Made by a program: the position numbers and the translations under genes. Positions 62,095-64,000 of a stretch of 64,000 bases of DNA are shown here, in pieces (the stretch's first letter is position 1; every line of letters begins with the position of its first letter). Source of the DNA: Moniliella sp. 'wahieum'. Taxonomy: Eukaryota. The notes under the pieces were generated by a model. That model was not told where the DNA came from, did not search any database, and saw only the letters and a list, made by a program, of their open reading frames with translations. The stretch covers positions 806,001-870,000 of the forward strand of contig RSEE01000012.1 in the NCBI GenBank assembly GCA_003971905.1. The letters are read 5' to 3'.

Positions 62095-62799
62095 ATGGAG
62101 AACGACAAGCACCAGCTCGTGGACCTGTACGTGCCCCGCAAGTGCGCTGCCACCGGCCGTATCCTGCAGGCCAAGGACCACGCCTCGGTCCAGATCGCCG
62201 TTGCCGACGTGGACGAGGAGGGCCGTGCGATTCCGGCGCTTCGACCGTGTTTGCCATCTCGGGCTTTGTCCGCAAGTCGGGCGAGAGCGATGACTCCATC
62301 AACCGTCTTGCCACCCAGGAGGGCCGTACGTACTTTTCCTGAGTTCTTTTTCTTCCTCCGAGAGCGAGAGGCCATCCATGCTTGGTGCTTGCTTGGGTAC
62401 TCGCCTGTTCGCGACCCCTTGTTTGGCGCGACGCCTCCCCCATCTCGCCCGTCACAGCACCCTCCCTCCGCACACGCTCCCGACAGTCTGCCCGCCCACT
62501 GCCTCGAGCAACTTTCAGGGTCGGGGTAGGATTCAGCCTTTGGCTATGAGCGGATATTGATGGCCATCACCTTAGAGCCCGGGCCTTTAGTATCTATGGA
62601 TGCTTGGGTGTCAAAGTGCTGGTACACGTTTATCGTGGCGGTGCACGATGGGGTGCAGTGCTGGAGAGGGCAGGCGAGGGCCAGGTGCCAAGTCACCTCT
62701 TTGCTCTCTGGAACCATGGACTCGGTTTCGTGCCGGAACGAGTGTACTGACCCCCTCTCTTGTCCAGTGCTCCGCAACGTCTGGAGCTACCAGAAGTAA
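62095..62799 (+). CDS. RPS21: 40S ribosomal protein eS21 (intron 62326-62767; one indel near 62237)
   Basis: [59 protein letters not shown]. Confidence 0.98.
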
Positions 62800-63423
62800 C
62801 CAGCTTGTCCTGGCTACCTTGGTTGGGCCTGCTTGCCCCGCTTTCACGTAACAAATTAGGCTGGGGCTCCTGCCGTGCCACTATTCCACTCCGCATTCCA
62901 TTCCTCCATATGCTTTGCTTGCTTTGCACTTGTGCGATGTACTCTTAGCTCCTTCCTCGCCCACCCATCTGCTTGACAGACCTCAGGTTCCCAGTTGGAC
63001 TCCAATCCATAGAATTCGCACAGCTTGCCTTGGCTCGCCTCGGACGGCGTTACATGGTGCTCCAGCAGGACTCCTCCCCTCTTGCCTACCCACGACCACC
63101 CTTTCCAACTGAACCAGCGCATCCCAACCTGAGCCTCAAGCTCAATGCGCAACGCAGCAATGAACGGATCAAATGGTACTACGGTACAGTTGGTTCTCCA
63201 GGCAGGAAAGACATGCAAAGCAGAGTGAGGTGGAAGCGGAGACCCGACAACCCGAAAAGGTCGGGAAAGGCGCGGGCTGGGCAGCGTGGAAAGGGAAGGC
63301 CGTGGCCCAGCGACACAAAGGTAGGAAAGGGAACGTGAGGTGTAGGGTATGATAGCAGTGGAAAGACGGCAGAGGGGCGGAAGGGGCGGGGAGGGGGAGG
63401 GAGCAGAGACAGGCAAAAGGAAA

Positions 63424-64000
63424 CTAGGGAGCGTTGAGCCAGGCAGCGAGTTGGTCCTGTGTCAGGGTGGCCGACGTGATGAGCGGGTGGCGGAGGAGCA
63501 CTTTGGGTGCGGCGCGGCTGAGTGGGTCCTTGGCCAAGCAGGCATCCGCAAAGGAACGCAAGGGCAAGGGTACGTATCCGGCAGCCGGGGGCTAGGTTCA
63601 TTGACAATGTGCTGGAGCAAATCGAGGATGCTGCCCACCTCATTCTCATTCTCCTCGTCCGAGAAGGGGAACCGGCCCAAAGCGAGCTCGATGAGGGTTA
63701 CGCCCAACGACCATACATCGCTCTTGACAGTATACTGGCTGCCTTGGATCCGCTCTCTGGGGGGGGGTCCAAATTGGTTAGGAGACTCAGTGCAGGAAGC
63801 AGACAGGGTGTAGAGGTGGGGAGGAGGGGGGGAAGATGATTGTACTCACACTCATATACGTGCTCGTGCCAACGAACGTGTCGGCGATAGAGTTGATCAG
63901 TTCACCTGATACGCCGAAATCGCAATCTTCAACTCGCCCGAACTGTTGGCGAGAATGTTACTTGACATCGCGATGATGATGCGATGCACATCGTAGAGAT
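63424..64000 (-). CDS. STE7: MAP kinase kinase Ste7/Fuz7-like, 3' part (5' end outside the window; intron about 63757-63849)
   Basis: [24 protein letters not shown]|..[47 protein letters not shown]. Confidence 0.9.

Noticed and set aside
62856..63416. Overlapping 121-186 aa ORFs between RPS21 and STE7 (also 60713-60982)
   Set aside because: No motif support and non-ATG starts. These are likely 3'UTR sequence, although a small gene cannot be excluded.

Overview
This is eukaryotic DNA: a GC-rich, intron-poor fungal chromosome segment, most consistent with a basidiomycete (Ustilaginomycotina-like; the lineage is inferred). Introns are short, with GTRNGY donors, CTRAC branch points and YAG acceptors. 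Most conserved genes are broken by single-base indels, which points to an unpolished long-read assembly rather than pseudogenes. Content is mainly housekeeping: RNR1 (truncated), NOB1, a branched-chain aminotransferase, guanine deaminase, a DUF2358-like gene, NUP133, KAR2/BiP, head-to-head RPL16/RPL32, RRN6-like, SFC1, PMT1, a CDF transporter, MAM3/CNNM, a degenerate AhpC/TSA-like protein, a degenerate NDUFAF7/MidA-like protein, a Zn2Cys6 factor divergent from a BBOX/AIM17-like dioxygenase, RBM25/SNU71, HYPK-like, RPS21, a STE7/Fuz7 MAPKK (truncated) and three intron-containing tRNA genes. I found no CRISPR array, transposon or rRNA, and I cannot claim a clear new biological system. The best leads are: the TF + dioxygenase pair bracketed by identical inverted tRNA-Val genes; a tRNA-Arg with an apparent 4-bp micro-inversion in its D-arm; two apparent pseudo-enzymes; a long structured RPS21 intron; and intergenic clusters of short palindromic words. 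Ends of frameshifted genes are approximate.
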